A stretch of DNA of 63,888 nt, the filler included, from Olpidium bornovanus S191 (taxonomy: Eukaryota; Fungi; Olpidiomycota), in NCBI GenBank assembly GCA_017911155.1. It is 28 parts of 28 records of this genome, joined end to end, with 100 filler letters (N's around TTAATTAATTAA, not from the genome) between each part and the next. Parts side by side here need not be neighbours in the genome. Positions count along the whole stretch, not along the records: positions 1 to 2,865 come from JAEFCI010010100.1; positions 2,966 to 6,761 come from JAEFCI010004196.1; positions 6,862 to 10,687 come from JAEFCI010008496.1; positions 10,788 to 12,446 come from JAEFCI010001486.1; 24 more parts are not named here. One strand, given 5' to 3'. The stretch's first letter is position 1; each line of letters starts with the position of its first letter. The position numbers and the translations under genes were made by a program. The notes below the pieces were generated by a model, which saw only the letters and a program-made list of their open reading frames with translations, was not told the origin of the DNA and did not search any database. Shown here piece by piece: positions 1 to 11,211 of this stretch.

Positions 1-1747
1 GCGTGTGGCAGTACTCCCACCGGGCGGTAAGAGGCAACGAGACCAGAATGCTTTCTGTCCGTGCGCCGGGCTGCCGTTGGGCAAATGCGGAAAATCAAAA
101 AAGAAGTCCGAGACAGCCATGTGAGCAAACGTCAACCGTTTTCAACCTAACCAATGATTCCCTGGCCCTCCCCTTCTCTTTCATTTTTTTTTTATTCTCT
201 TGCTCACAGTCGTCAGGCCAAATTTGGTGCCGCGGTCCTGGACGAGGTTGAACTCCACGTATCGCCCACGGCGCAGCTGTTGCCAGCGGAGGTTCTCTTC
301 CGTGTATGGCATGTCCTTACGCCGGCGGACGATGGGCACGTACGAGGGAACGAACGCCCTGCCGCAGTCCCTGGCGAGGGCGAACAGCCTTTCGCGGTCG
401 GCGAGCGTGCCGTCGCCGGCCTGGTCGTCGTAAAATATGCCGCCGACGCCGCGACACTCTTTGCGGTGGGGGAGGTAGAAGTACCTGTCGCACCACTCCT
501 TGAATTCCGGGTAATACCGCGGGGAGTTCGCGTCGCACGCCCGCTTGATCGTGGCGTGGAAGTGCTCGGCGTCCTCCTCGAAGAGGTACGCGGGCGTGAG
601 GTCGGTTCCGCCGCCGAACCACCAGAGGGTGGCCTCGCCCGTCTCTTCGTCCTCGATCTCGAAGTAGCGGTAATTGAGGTGCACGGTGGGGGCGAAGGGG
701 TTGCGCGGGTGCACCACCAGGCTGATTCCCGCGGCGAAAAACGGGAAGGGACCGTCGCCCTTCAGGTCCTTGGACCGTTCGCTACGCATCTGCTTCACCG
801 CCGCTTCCGGCAGCGTGCCGTACACCACCGAAACCAGCACGCCGGCCTTCTGGAAAACCTTGCCGTCCTGCAGCACGCAGGACACGCCGTCTCCGCCCTC
901 GGGGCGCTTCCACTCGTCCACCAGGAACCTGGTCTCCGTCTCCCCTCGCTCGAGACAGCCTTCGTTTTCCACCTCTTCCAGGCTTCGCACGATCTCCGCC
1001 TGCAACTCCTTCACGAAGGCGGCCATCCGCGCCCGCATCGGCGCGCTGCCGTCGTCGGGCGTCTACTTTTCCGGTTAAAACCAGCCCAAAGGGGCTCGCT
1101 GTCAGGAACAGAAGGGCGGCCGAGCAACCACCGGTACCGCCGACCGCCAACCCAAGATCACAGCGACGACCCTGCGCCGTCGCCGCTCACCGCTTTAGCA
1201 TCCCGACCGGCCCTTTCGGTGCCGCTCAAAAGGGACTTCACCCGGACGCCCTGCTCGGAACCGCGCGACGGGGCCGGTTTTGCCGCTTCTGCGTGGACGG
1301 GGTTCTGGCCGGACGAGCGCGAAGCACGCCAGTAAGCCTCACGCCAGTAAGCCTCCGGTTGCGCCCGCGAGTTTTGTTTTTTTTTTACGGCGCAAAACGC
1401 CTGGCCGACCCGGTCAAACCGCGTCCGAGACCCACGTTCCGGCCCGACGTGAACACTCGGCATAAGGCCGCGGCGGCCGCGCAGACGCCCACCGCGCCGA
1501 ACCAGCGAGCGCGCGTCGCGCAGGCTCCCGCGGCGGCGCTTCCCGCGGAGGAGGGGCGGGAGAAGGAGCAGGAGCACCTGCGGGCTTGACGGCAGACGGC
1601 GGGCCGACCGGCGACGCGGAGGGACCACAAGGACCGCGGTCCGGCAAGCGCGGCCGGTCCCGGGGAAGCTGCGGCGCGGCACCGCGACGCGGACGCCGGG
1701 AAGACCGGCAGGAGGCGTGGCGAGCAGCAGCGGCGCGCCGCGAGCAT
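1..1747 (-). CDS. HEM13: Oxygen-dependent coproporphyrinogen III oxidase with long N-terminal presequence, 3' truncated; model complement(join(<1..70,208..1062,1191..1304,1436..1747))
   Basis: Conserved CPO motifs (GGGxSCVLQDG-like, [63 protein letters not shown]). Splicing 207(GTGAGC)..71(CAG) restores GTKFGLTT|[22 protein letters not shown]. Upstream exons join in phase 0 at GT..AG boundaries; the two 5' exons are less certain than the core. Confidence 0.95.
1326..1355. repeat. Exact 15-bp tandem duplication (acgccagtaagcctc x2) inside the predicted first HEM13 intron
   Basis: Read directly; on the minus strand each copy contains a GCTTAC branch-point-like motif upstream of the CAG acceptor at 1305-1307. 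Confidence 0.9.
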
Positions 1748-2268
1748 TTTTTTTTTTTTTTTTTTTTTTTCCTTTTTTTTTTTTTTTCTCCGTTCGGGCG
1801 GGGTTGGCGCTCGCTCCCCCCAAGGCAGGCCGTCGGCCGCTTGCTGGGCCGTCCCTCAAAACCAGACGGAAACGACGGCACAATCTCACGGTGATTTCTA
1901 GACAGCCCCACGCCCCCACCACGCCCCTTTGGCGCTTTGGCAAGAGAGAAATCTCTCTGACTGCAGCAGGTGAGAGAGAGAGAGAGAGAATGCACGGCAT
2001 TCACCGCGGCACAGGGACATCGCGCGGCGGAAGAGGCCCGGAAGAACGCGGCGCAGAAAGAGACTGAAATCAGGTTTTCCGGCCCGCGGGAAAGATCATG
2101 ATCCGCGTGCACTCTTGACCTTCGGTTGCGCAAGCGAATTTTCCTCTGCATTAGAAAAAGCCGGCGGGTTTCGAGTACCCCGGGCGGCATGAGGGCGCCC
2201 CGCGCGCGGCGGCCCCTTGTTCGTCAGCTGGGCCGGGCGCTGCTGCGCGCGACGTTGGAACAGCGCTG

Positions 2269-2340
2269 CTGCGCGCGGCGCAGGGAAAGCTGCGCGCGGC
2301 GCAGGGAAAGCTGCGCGCGGCGCAGGGAAAGCGGCGCGCG
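2269..2340. repeat. 21-bp minisatellite ctgcgcgcggcgcagggaaag x3 plus a partial copy
   Basis: Copies start at 2269, 2290 and 2311. Confidence 0.9.
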
Positions 2341-2442
2341 CCGGGTGGGCAAGAAAGAGGGAGAGGGCCAAGCTGCTGCGCGGCGACATGCGGGCTGCGG
2401 AATACGGCTGCGCACAGCTTCCGCTTACGGGTCCGATGCACT

Positions 2443-2572
2443 CATGCAGTCGCATTGACACGCGTTCATGCAGTCACATTGACATGCACACATGCTTTCA
2501 CACTGACATGCTGACATGCACACATGCTTTCACACTGACATGCACACATGTTTTCACACTGACATGCACACC
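2443..2572. repeat. Degenerate CATG-rich minisatellite (core ttcacactgacatgcacacatg)
   Basis: Several imperfect copies read directly. Confidence 0.8.
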
Positions 2573-2784
2573 CTTTCACTTTTTTTTTTTTTTTTTTTTT
2601 GTTTTGTCCTGTCCCGCGGCATTGGGGGCGATGGTGCCCCATCTCATCGTCAAAAAAATCCCCCCCTTTCCCCCCCGCTCCTCTGAGAAATTTTTTTTTT
2701 TTTTTTTTTTTTTTCGTTTCGTTTCGTCAACGGAGGGGGATAAAGGGGGCCGGGGCGGGGGGGAGAAGAAGAAGTAGAAGAAAG

Positions 2785-2830
<46 letters not shown>

Positions 2831-2865
2831 CACCACCCAACCCCCCCCCCCCCCCCCGCCCCCCC

Positions 2866-2965
2866 NNNNNNNNNNNNNNNNNNNNNNNNNNNNNNNNNNN
2901 NNNNNNNNNTTAATTAATTAANNNNNNNNNNNNNNNNNNNNNNNNNNNNNNNNNNNNNNNNNNNN
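2866..2965. other. Artificial contig-joining spacer N44-TTAATTAATTAA-N44 (first of 27)
   Basis: Identical 100-nt spacers start at 2866, 6762, 10688, 12447, 14880, 16647, 18210, 19313, 21089, 23133, 24401, 26745, 30739, 33375, 36937, 38600, 40892, 42113, 46070, 47677, 53661, 55209, 56746, 58583, 59892, 61528 and 62773. The core is palindromic and has stops in all six frames. Confidence 0.99.
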
Positions 2966-2975
2966 AAACCCCCCC

Positions 2976-3042
<67 letters not shown>

Positions 3043-3070
3043 CCCCCCCCCCCCCCCCCCCCGGGGGAGG

Positions 3071-3112
<42 letters not shown>

Positions 3113-3813
3113 AAACCGGAAAGAGGACAACCCCGCTTCCCCCCTTCCCACCCCCGGCGCACCCTCCGCTCGCTCGCTCGCCTCCGCTCTCGCCTCCGCT
3201 CGCCGCTTCCCCCGCGCCCTCTCGCGGCTGAAAACCCACACGTCTGTTCCACCACCCCGCCCTCCATCCCCCGGCCCCCCGCCCATTCCCCGGGACGCGG
3301 TTGGGGCGCTGCCGCCTTGGGTGCATATCTGCTGTGCTGTGTTCGGGAGGAGTGCGCGGAGGCGGCGGCGCCGGAGGGGAGGGGGGACAGAGAGAGAAAG
3401 AAAGATAGAGTCGACGGGGAAACCGCAAGCACCAGTCTGGTTTCCCGCGCCGCCCACAAGGGTAGTGCCGTGTTCCTGTCAGGTGCCCCCGCAGGTTCGC
3501 GGTCGCCGCTGCCCTGAAAGGAGCAGCGCAGCACGAGCCCCTCCTCTGCTCTCCGCGCGCTCTCTCTCCCTCTCTGGGCTAGGGGGAAAAAACGCCCCCT
3601 CTCCCCCTCCTCCCTGACGCGCGAGGAGGTCTGGTCCGGGAGCGGATTGCCGCCCGGGACGCGCCGAGGGATTTTTGGGCGGGCGGCGCCGCCGCCCTCC
3701 CGGTTCGCAACCCGGCCGCGGTCCTGGACGATCCCCCCCCAGGCGTGGTCACGCCGCCGGAGCGAGAGAATACGCGCGGCTAAAAAATAAATAAAAAAAC
3801 AAAATCCGGCGAA

Positions 3814-6150
3814 ATGTCTACGCGGCAAGCCGAGCTGCCTCCGGCAGGCGAGCCGCCGCGCAAGCGGTCCATCACGACGTTCGGCTGCTCCGTCGACTTC
3901 CAGAACCTGTACGCCACCGCCGAGCACGACAAGAACTCGGCGGTGCTCATGCCGGACCTGTCGGACGACGTTCTGTCCCTGGCTTCGGCATACGCGTCCG
4001 GCACGCCGCAGGTGGAGCCGCTGGTGCTCCCGTCGACGGAAGCCCGCTTTCGCAGTCCCGCCCAGGCGCTCGACCGGCAGCGGCACGTTTTTGAGGACAG
4101 ACAGTTCTTTCAGCCGGGCGCGTGGGACCAGCCGCGGGCTTCGATTACGCCACTCAACGATAGCCTGCAACAGTTCAGCCTGCAAGACTTCGAAGATACA
4201 ATCTGTGAGTCTGCCCCTGTTTGCTCTGCGATCCGAATCGCGGAAAAGATTTCGCTACCCGACCGCCGAGTTTTGGAGTCTTGTGGTGTAGGGATTGACC
4301 CGAGACGCCACACGTTACTGCCTAACTGAGACTGCTTTTTTCTCCCTGGGACCGAACCCGTTTTCGGTCGACAGGCTTTGGCGACGCGAACTGGGAGGAG
4401 TATCTCCGAATAGCGGGCCCTGCTTCCGACAACGGGCGTTTGGTCTTAGACCGGCGAGACTCGGTATTCTCCGTTCTCTCTACGGCGAGCTCGGAACGGG
4501 AGGAGAGGCCCAGGGAGGATTTTTTTCATTGCCTCGCGGCCGGTCCCGCGGAGCAAGAGAAGTGCAGCTCGAACGCGTCGGCCGACGAAAAAGAGCCGAC
4601 GGCGGTGGAGAAACCAAAAAAGCGGGCAAGGGCGAACCCGGAACAGCTGGCGGTCCTTGAGGAGACGTTCCTGACGAACACGTCGCCGAATGCCGCGCTC
4701 AGGGAATTCCTGGCCGCGCGGTTGAACATGAGCGAGCGGTCAGTGCAGATCTGGTTCCAGAACCGGCGCGCCAAGGTCAAAAAAGCCGCGAAGAAGGCGC
4801 AGGCGAAGCAGGACGAGGAGATGATCAAGCCGCTCCTTGTCAACAGCCCTCACATGGCTTTTTACTCCCCGCTAGGGCTCCACTTGAGCATGTCCGGGAG
4901 CGGTGTGGGCAGCCGGCAAGAACCACACGACGGCCCTTCGTGCGCGAACCACGTCGGTTTAGGGTTGGCGTCCCGCTCGGCGGAGACGGCCGACGGAGCG
5001 TCCGTTTCGGTTTTCCCCGGCACGTTCGCCTCCCGTCCGAACGGCGCGGCGATGGATGCTCCATTTTCCGGCGGGGACCTGACTTCGCCGGATACGCCGA
5101 GTCCAGATTTTGTGATGAAGAATGGTAAATGCGTTTCGGTTTCCGGTCTGTGCGGACGCGGTTTTTGTGACTGATATGGTTGTTTGCCGATCCAAAACCC
5201 GCCCGGACGTAGGTTTTGCAATGAAGAACGGTAAATGCGCGTCGGTTTTCCGGTCTGTGCGGGCGTCGGTTCTGCGGCTGTTGGTTGACATATCTGTGTC
5301 GCGAATCCCCGATATTCCGGACGCGCGGAATTCTGCAGGATGCCCGTTGTTCAGTTGCGTCATTCTTGCAATAGGCACGTGGACACGCGTGAGCTCGGAC
5401 GCTGGCGAACTTTACTGCGGATACAATCCTTCGTCGCAGACGTTCCAGTACGAGATCTTGGACCGCGGCGTGTGCTTCAAGATGGAACTACCTTTCGCGA
5501 ACGTGACGCGGCTGGAGCTCCTCGTGCACCCGGCTCCGTCTCCGCTGCTCGCGGCCTCGCAGGTCGGGACTCTGGGTTCTCCGTCGATACCGCAGTCTCT
5601 CGGGCAGCTGGTGCTGGATGTCGTCCGGCCGCCGGATTTTTTCATAATGCAGCCGTACGCCGGGGCGGCGGGGCTGCGCCGGACGCCGCAGTTCCGCTGG
5701 GCGCGGTGCGACGACTTCACCGAGGGGCGGCAGGCGACGCTGTCGTCGCGACACGTGATCAAGGGCGACGCCCGCATGCTCATGGCCCAGCTCGACCAAC
5801 TGTGCCACCTGTGTCCCGACGTCCGGATGATCCTGGTCCATCACCATCACCTGCCGCGCCACCACCTCGCCCAGCGGTACCAACCGCGGCCCTCGGACCA
5901 GCGGCGGTATTCCCTGCAGCAGACCGTGCCTATGCAGCGGCGGCGAGGCGTGCTGCCGGCGCTTTCCCGTCAGGCGTCAGCACCGTCCCCGTTGCAAATG
6001 CACTCGACGCCGTTATCCGGGCTGTCCGTGTCCGCGCCGCCGGACGGCGAGGGCCTACAGCATCTGCAGCACCAGCACCAGCACCAGCAACATCAGCAGC
6101 AGGTGCTGTACCGTCAGCAGACCCCCGTAGAGGTACCGCTGTCGCGATAG
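3814..6150 (+). CDS. Pho2/Grf10-type homeodomain transcription factor; model join(3814..4204,4375..5124,5213..5230,5339..6150)
   Basis: Homeodomain KPKKRARANPEQLAVLEETF...LNMSERSVQIWFQNRRAKVKK. Downstream domain LAIGTWTR..MELPF..RPPDFF..WARCDDFTEGRQAT resembles the conserved region of fungal Pho2-like proteins. All introns are phase 1 GT..AG with branch-like motifs; Q-rich tail. Confidence 0.85.
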
Positions 6151-7449
6151 CTCTTCGGCGGCGTCGCAGCTGCCGGGCGTCGATCTTCCAACCCGGGCGT
6201 CCGCCATCCCGCCTCTCCGAGTCCGCTGTTCTCCGCTGAGTCGTCTCCGAGGCCTGCGATGCCTTGTCGAATTGCACCCGGAGTTCCAAAAACTTCCCGT
6301 GCGGTCGTGTCGCAGCCCGGGGGGGCTTGTACAAGGTACCGCCGTGTGCGCGACAATTTCTGCGGCCGGATCCTGCTGGATATCCTCCCCCCCCTCCCCC
6401 TCCCTCCTCCCCAACTTCCGCTTCCCTCCCACGAGATCGCCGTCCCCGCGCCTTGGACTGCGGAGAGTATAGACGGGCGGCTTGTCTTTTTTTTTTTTTT
6501 GCTGTTGCGCGTTCTCGCGTCTTACAAAATCCCTCCTTTCCGCCTTTCCCCGCCTCGCGCGCTTCCAACTCTTATGTATTATGTCGCTGGTTTACACGGT
6601 TAGCCCGCTTCATTTGCTCGACGTTCGACACGGCAATTTCTCCATGCTTCTGGAAATCCCCAACATCGCAAAGCTTGGCCCTGGCCCTGACTCGAGGAAG
6701 AAGGCAATTAGCAAGCCGTTCCGGAGAGCGCTGGATTACCACGAAAGACAGGTGTTTACAGNNNNNNNNNNNNNNNNNNNNNNNNNNNNNNNNNNNNNNN
6801 NNNNNTTAATTAATTAANNNNNNNNNNNNNNNNNNNNNNNNNNNNNNNNNNNNNNNNNNNNCATGGATGCCAACCAGAGCAAAGACCCGACTGCCGTGGC
6901 GTATGTTAAATCTCGCGCGGTTGAGGGGCGGAAAAAACAAGCCCCATCGCCTTCATCACAGACACACACACACACACCACATTCTCACTCACTCACGCAC
7001 GCTCTCTTCTCCCCGGGTGCACTGCGACCCTTCTGGAGAGCCCCGGCAAACTGGCCTAGCAGGCCATCCTCAACATTCCCGGTATCGTGAGTACTGTACC
7101 CGTTTCCCGTCCCATCTCATCCCGCGCACCTCTTCCCCCCTCTTCCACCGGGGTCCCCACCCACACCCCACCACCACCAAGTGCCGACCCGTGGGAAAGA
7201 TCACTTCAACGAAAGGCAGGGGTATACATGATCCAAGATGCAGCAAACAAGCGAAGGCAATGGGGAGAGCTTACAGGATTAGCCCCGCAGCTTGGAAGGT
7301 GACGGGAAAGGAGATGTGTGCCGCCGGTTGAAAGCGGACCAAAAAGCATAGGTACCCGGTCTCAACATGCGGAGAAGAAAAAGAATTGAAGGCGGAGGGG
7401 AAAGAAAGGGGCCAAGACGGAAAAAAAAACGCGCAAACCAGGAAACCGA

Positions 7450-9176
7450 TCAACCCCCTTTCTTCGGGCCCTCCGAGCTCCTTTTTCCTCTTTGGGCAGC
7501 GATGAACGCGGCCCGCGTGCGCCGCGAATTCGCCAAAGGCGCGGGCTGGCGCGCCTCGGGCGTTTCGTCGCCCTTGGGGCTGGTGATGTCCTTCATCGCC
7601 TCCGGCGGCGACTCTGCGGTCGCGGAGCCGACGGAGGCATTTGACGCCGCCTTGAACCTTTTGGTCCACTTCCCCGCCGACGGCGCCGCCGACGCCGCGC
7701 TGGACTTCCGTTTGATCACCGAGGCCGGCCTCCCCCTCGGCCTCGCGGCTTTTTTCTGCCTGGCTTCGCCGTCTGCGAAGAGCCCGCATTAAAAAAAAAA
7801 AAAATAAAAAAATACGCACCCGGCGGCCGAAGTCGTCCGAGTCCACGTGATCAGCGCGGAAGAACCCTCGGTGGCTTACCCTCTTCGTCCTCCGACGACT
7901 CCGACTCCGGCTCCAAATCCGACTCGTCCTTCGCGCCGGTGGCAGCGGTGGCCGCCGGCAGAAGGGCCTGCGTGCGCTTCCGCTTGCGGGCGGCCGGAGC
8001 GCCGGAGGCGACCGACGAGTCGAGGACGGCCGACAGCGGCGGATTTGCTGCCGAGGCGGCGGCGCCGGAGAAGCTCGCCTTGTCTAGTTTTCCCTTGTTG
8101 GCAGAGTCGGCGGCCGCGGCGGCCGCGGCCGGTGGAGAGGAGACCGCGCGACTGTGGGATTTGCTGTCCCTGAGACCGGATCCTGAGCCGACGCCCCGCT
8201 CCGAAGCGTTCGTCCTCCGTTCCGTCATCAAGGCCTGGAAGTCGTCCGGCGGAAGCTGGAAGTCCGCTTTCCTCTCGAGCGGGTTTTTGACCGATCTCCT
8301 TCCGCGGACGCCGCCGTCAGGACTCGCTATCCTGTCCGCTGCGTCCGAGTCCGACTCGTCGTCGTCCTCGTTGTAAGCGTTCTCCGCGACCGAGGCGAGG
8401 CAAGGCGGAGGAAAAGGGACGCGTTTCGACAAACGCGTTTTTTTTTGCAAGCGCGTGAGCAGGCCACTGTTCGCCCCGTCTCCCGCGTCCTCCCCTCGCG
8501 AGCAAGCAATATCTACTCCTAACTCACTGCAGCTTCGATCATGTCGAGGTTGTACAGCTGGCCGAGGCGGGCCCATATCTCGGAGGTGGACAGCTGTCGC
8601 GGGCTGTGGCAGTTGAAGTGCCTCTGGACGCTGATCATGCGAAAATGCCTATGCGCACCTGGCCGGGGGTGGGTCGGATGTTGCGTGTGGGGTGTGTGTG
8701 TATGTGTGTGCGTGTGCGTGACGTTCGCGCAACGAGAAGGGAGGAGGAGGAGAAAAAGTAGGGAGGCCTGCGTCAGAGTTTTTTCATATTTTATTTTTTT
8801 TTTTTGTTGCGTCGCCGGTTTTTCGCCCGGGAGGGGGGGTTAGGGTTAGGGTTCATCTTTCCGTTTGGGTGCGCCCGGGGTTCGGCGGCACAGGCGGTGC
8901 GACAAAGGGGAAGGGGGGGAGAATGACGGGCGGGCGGGCGTGCGTGTGACCAGGCCACACGCACCAACGGGCTTGTAGTTCGCTATTGCAGCAAACAGCG
9001 CAATGTCCATGTCGGCCGACCAGTGGTTCGGGTTCAGCGGCGCGGGCGACGCGGCGGCGGCGGCCGGGACGTTCGGAGCGCCGGGCGCGGCGGAGGGTTT
9101 CTCGGCTTCGGCGGCGGCGGCGGGGGGCGGCTTCGCGGGGCGAGAGCCCTGCTTCGTCGGATATATGGGGGGCTTC

Positions 9177-9207
<31 letters not shown>

Positions 9208-9310
9208 GCGGCACGGGCTGCTCGGCGGGGGGCGGGGCGGTGTCGGCGTCGTTCTCGAGCGGGGCGGGGGACGCGCCGGGGGCGGGGGGGACGTCGTCGG
9301 CAATGATCAT
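7450..9310 (-). CDS. EAF7: Chromatin modification protein Eaf7/MRGBP (CT20 family, NuA4 subunit); model complement(join(7450..7772,7880..8381,8528..8658,8965..9310))
   Basis: WSADMDIALFAAIANYKPVG|AHRHFRMISV...EIWARLGQLYNLDMIE and DFQLPPDDFQALMTERR match CT20. Intron phases are consistent; one acceptor is a GAG. The ORF-track start at 9355 is TTG; the first ATG is at 9310. Confidence 0.85.
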
Positions 9311-9404
9311 ATCGCTGGGAGCAGCGGCAGGAGCGGCAGCGGCAGCAGAGAGCAAGCGAGCGGGCGAGCGAAAGAGAAAGAGAAAGAGAAAGAGTCAGTG
9401 CGAG

Positions 9405-9433
9405 ACCGGGAAAAAGCGAGAGAGCGAGAGAGC

Positions 9434-9473
<40 letters not shown>

Positions 9474-9482
9474 AAAGAGAGG
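9405..9482. repeat. (GA)n/(GAGC)n purine microsatellite in the ~400-bp divergent EAF7/TXNL4B intergenic region
   Basis: Read directly. Confidence 0.9.
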
Positions 9483-9709
9483 AAGATCCTCCTCCTCGCC
9501 TTCCTCCACCTCCTGTCTCTCGTCCTCCGTTTCGCTTACGAGAGGGCGGCGGCGGGAGAAGGAGGGGCGGGGGCCGGAAGGCGGGAGAAAAATACACACT
9601 CTATTTCCGCCGCCGCCCACCCCCTCCCGTCCCTTGGGCACCTTCCCCCCCCCACGCCCGCCACACGCCCACACGCCCACTCGCCGCTCGAGCCTGGCCC
9701 TCGCCCACC

Positions 9710-10612
9710 ATGGACGGCCCGCGCCGGCAGCGGCCCGCCCGACCACCACGCCGCCCGCCGCCGCAGGCGCCGCCCGCGAACGCCGCCGCTTCCGCCCTGC
9801 CCACGCTGCGGACGAAGGCCGACGTCGACGCCGCGATCCTCACCACGGAGGACAGGGTGCTGGCCCTGCGCTTCGGCCGCCAGGGCGACCCGGCCTGCCT
9901 CGCGACGGACAACGTGGTGCGCCTTTTTTTTTTCTTTCTTTTTGCGACGGGGGTGGCGCGGCGTGGCCCCTGACGGGGGTTGTGCGACCCGCGCGCGCGT
10001 GTTTCAGCTCGAAAAGGCGGCGCCTGCGCTCCGCCGCATGGCGGCCGTGTGCCTCGTCGACGTGGACGCAGTACCGGAGTACGCGAGCTACTTCGAGATC
10101 GAGTTCATACCTTCCACGGTGTTCTTCTTCAACGCCCACCACGTGAAGGTCGACTGCGGGTGCGGGTGGTGGCCTTCATTTCTTTTTTTATTCTATTTTG
10201 AATTTTTTTATCTTTCATTTCCTTCTCCTATGTTAACTTTCCTTTTTTTTTCTTTCTCTTTTCTTTTTTCTTTTCATTTCTTTCCTCTTCGTTTTTCTTC
10301 TTTCTTTACTTTTAAAATCTTATACCCCAACAAAGCATTTTTGATTCTTTCTTTTTGCTTTTCTTTTTTTTTCCTTTCCTTTCCTTGTCTGTTCTCTGGC
10401 GAGAGCACCGCTGATTACTGATTGCCCCTCCCCTCCCACCGTCTAGGACGCCAGACCACACCAAGTTCGTCGGCCCCGTGGCCACGAAGCAGGACTTTAT
10501 CGATCTCGTAGAGACCGTTTACCGCGGCGCAATGCGCGGCAAGCCCATCGTAGACTGCCCAATCGACCCGGCGCGGATTCCCCGCTTCGAACTCTATTAC
10601 GGCGAGCAGTAG
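9710..10612 (+). CDS. TXNL4B: Thioredoxin-like U5 snRNP protein Dim2/TXNL4B; join(9710..9916,10008..10159,10447..10612)
   Basis: [72 protein letters not shown]. The DHTKFVG and GAMRGK motifs match the Dim2 paralogue rather than Dim1 (NNNKINW, GARKGRG). Confidence 0.9.
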
Positions 10613-11211
10613 CAGGCAGGCCCCGCCGCCCTACCCCGTCGTGGCGGTCGGGAGGTGGGGGGCAAGCAATTTTTATTTTACAACATGNNNNNNNNNNNNN
10701 NNNNNNNNNNNNNNNNNNNNNNNNNNNNNNNTTAATTAATTAANNNNNNNNNNNNNNNNNNNNNNNNNNNNNNNNNNNNNNNNNNNNACGCGGGGGGGGG
10801 GGGGGGTGGGGGGGGGGTGTGGGGGGGGGGGGGGGGGGGGGGGGTGCGTGGAGTATGTAAGCGAAGGCCGTTGAAAATGTAGACATTATGTTCTCGCAGA
10901 GGCACTGCAAAATCGGCCGGCAAAATCTAATTTCCTGCGAACCGTCTTTTTTGATGCTGCGTACGGGCGGACTGTTGCAAAGCGCCGCTCATGGAGAAGA
11001 ATTTGACTGTACTCTTCAGAGCAAGAGCTGTAGTACCTTCGAAATGCCATCCTTCGAGTCAAAATCACTTTCAAACAGCACAGGTATGTGGACACCATTC
11101 CAGGGAGAACGTTTTACACTGAGGGCGTTTACGGCGGGTGAAGCCACGGCGTTAACGGGGCGCGGAAATTACTTTACGGGGGTCAAACGTGCCGGCCAAA
11201 AAAAAAAAGTT

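Noticed and set aside
154-1335. 393-aa plus-strand ORF, and similar long antisense ORFs such as 49668..51983 (771 aa), 28540..29625 and 38952..39713
   Set aside because: Shadow ORFs opposite real GC-rich coding sequences; they have no motifs of their own.
8839-8853. TTAGGGTTAGGGTT as telomeric repeat
   Set aside because: Only about two units, inside an EAF7 intron.
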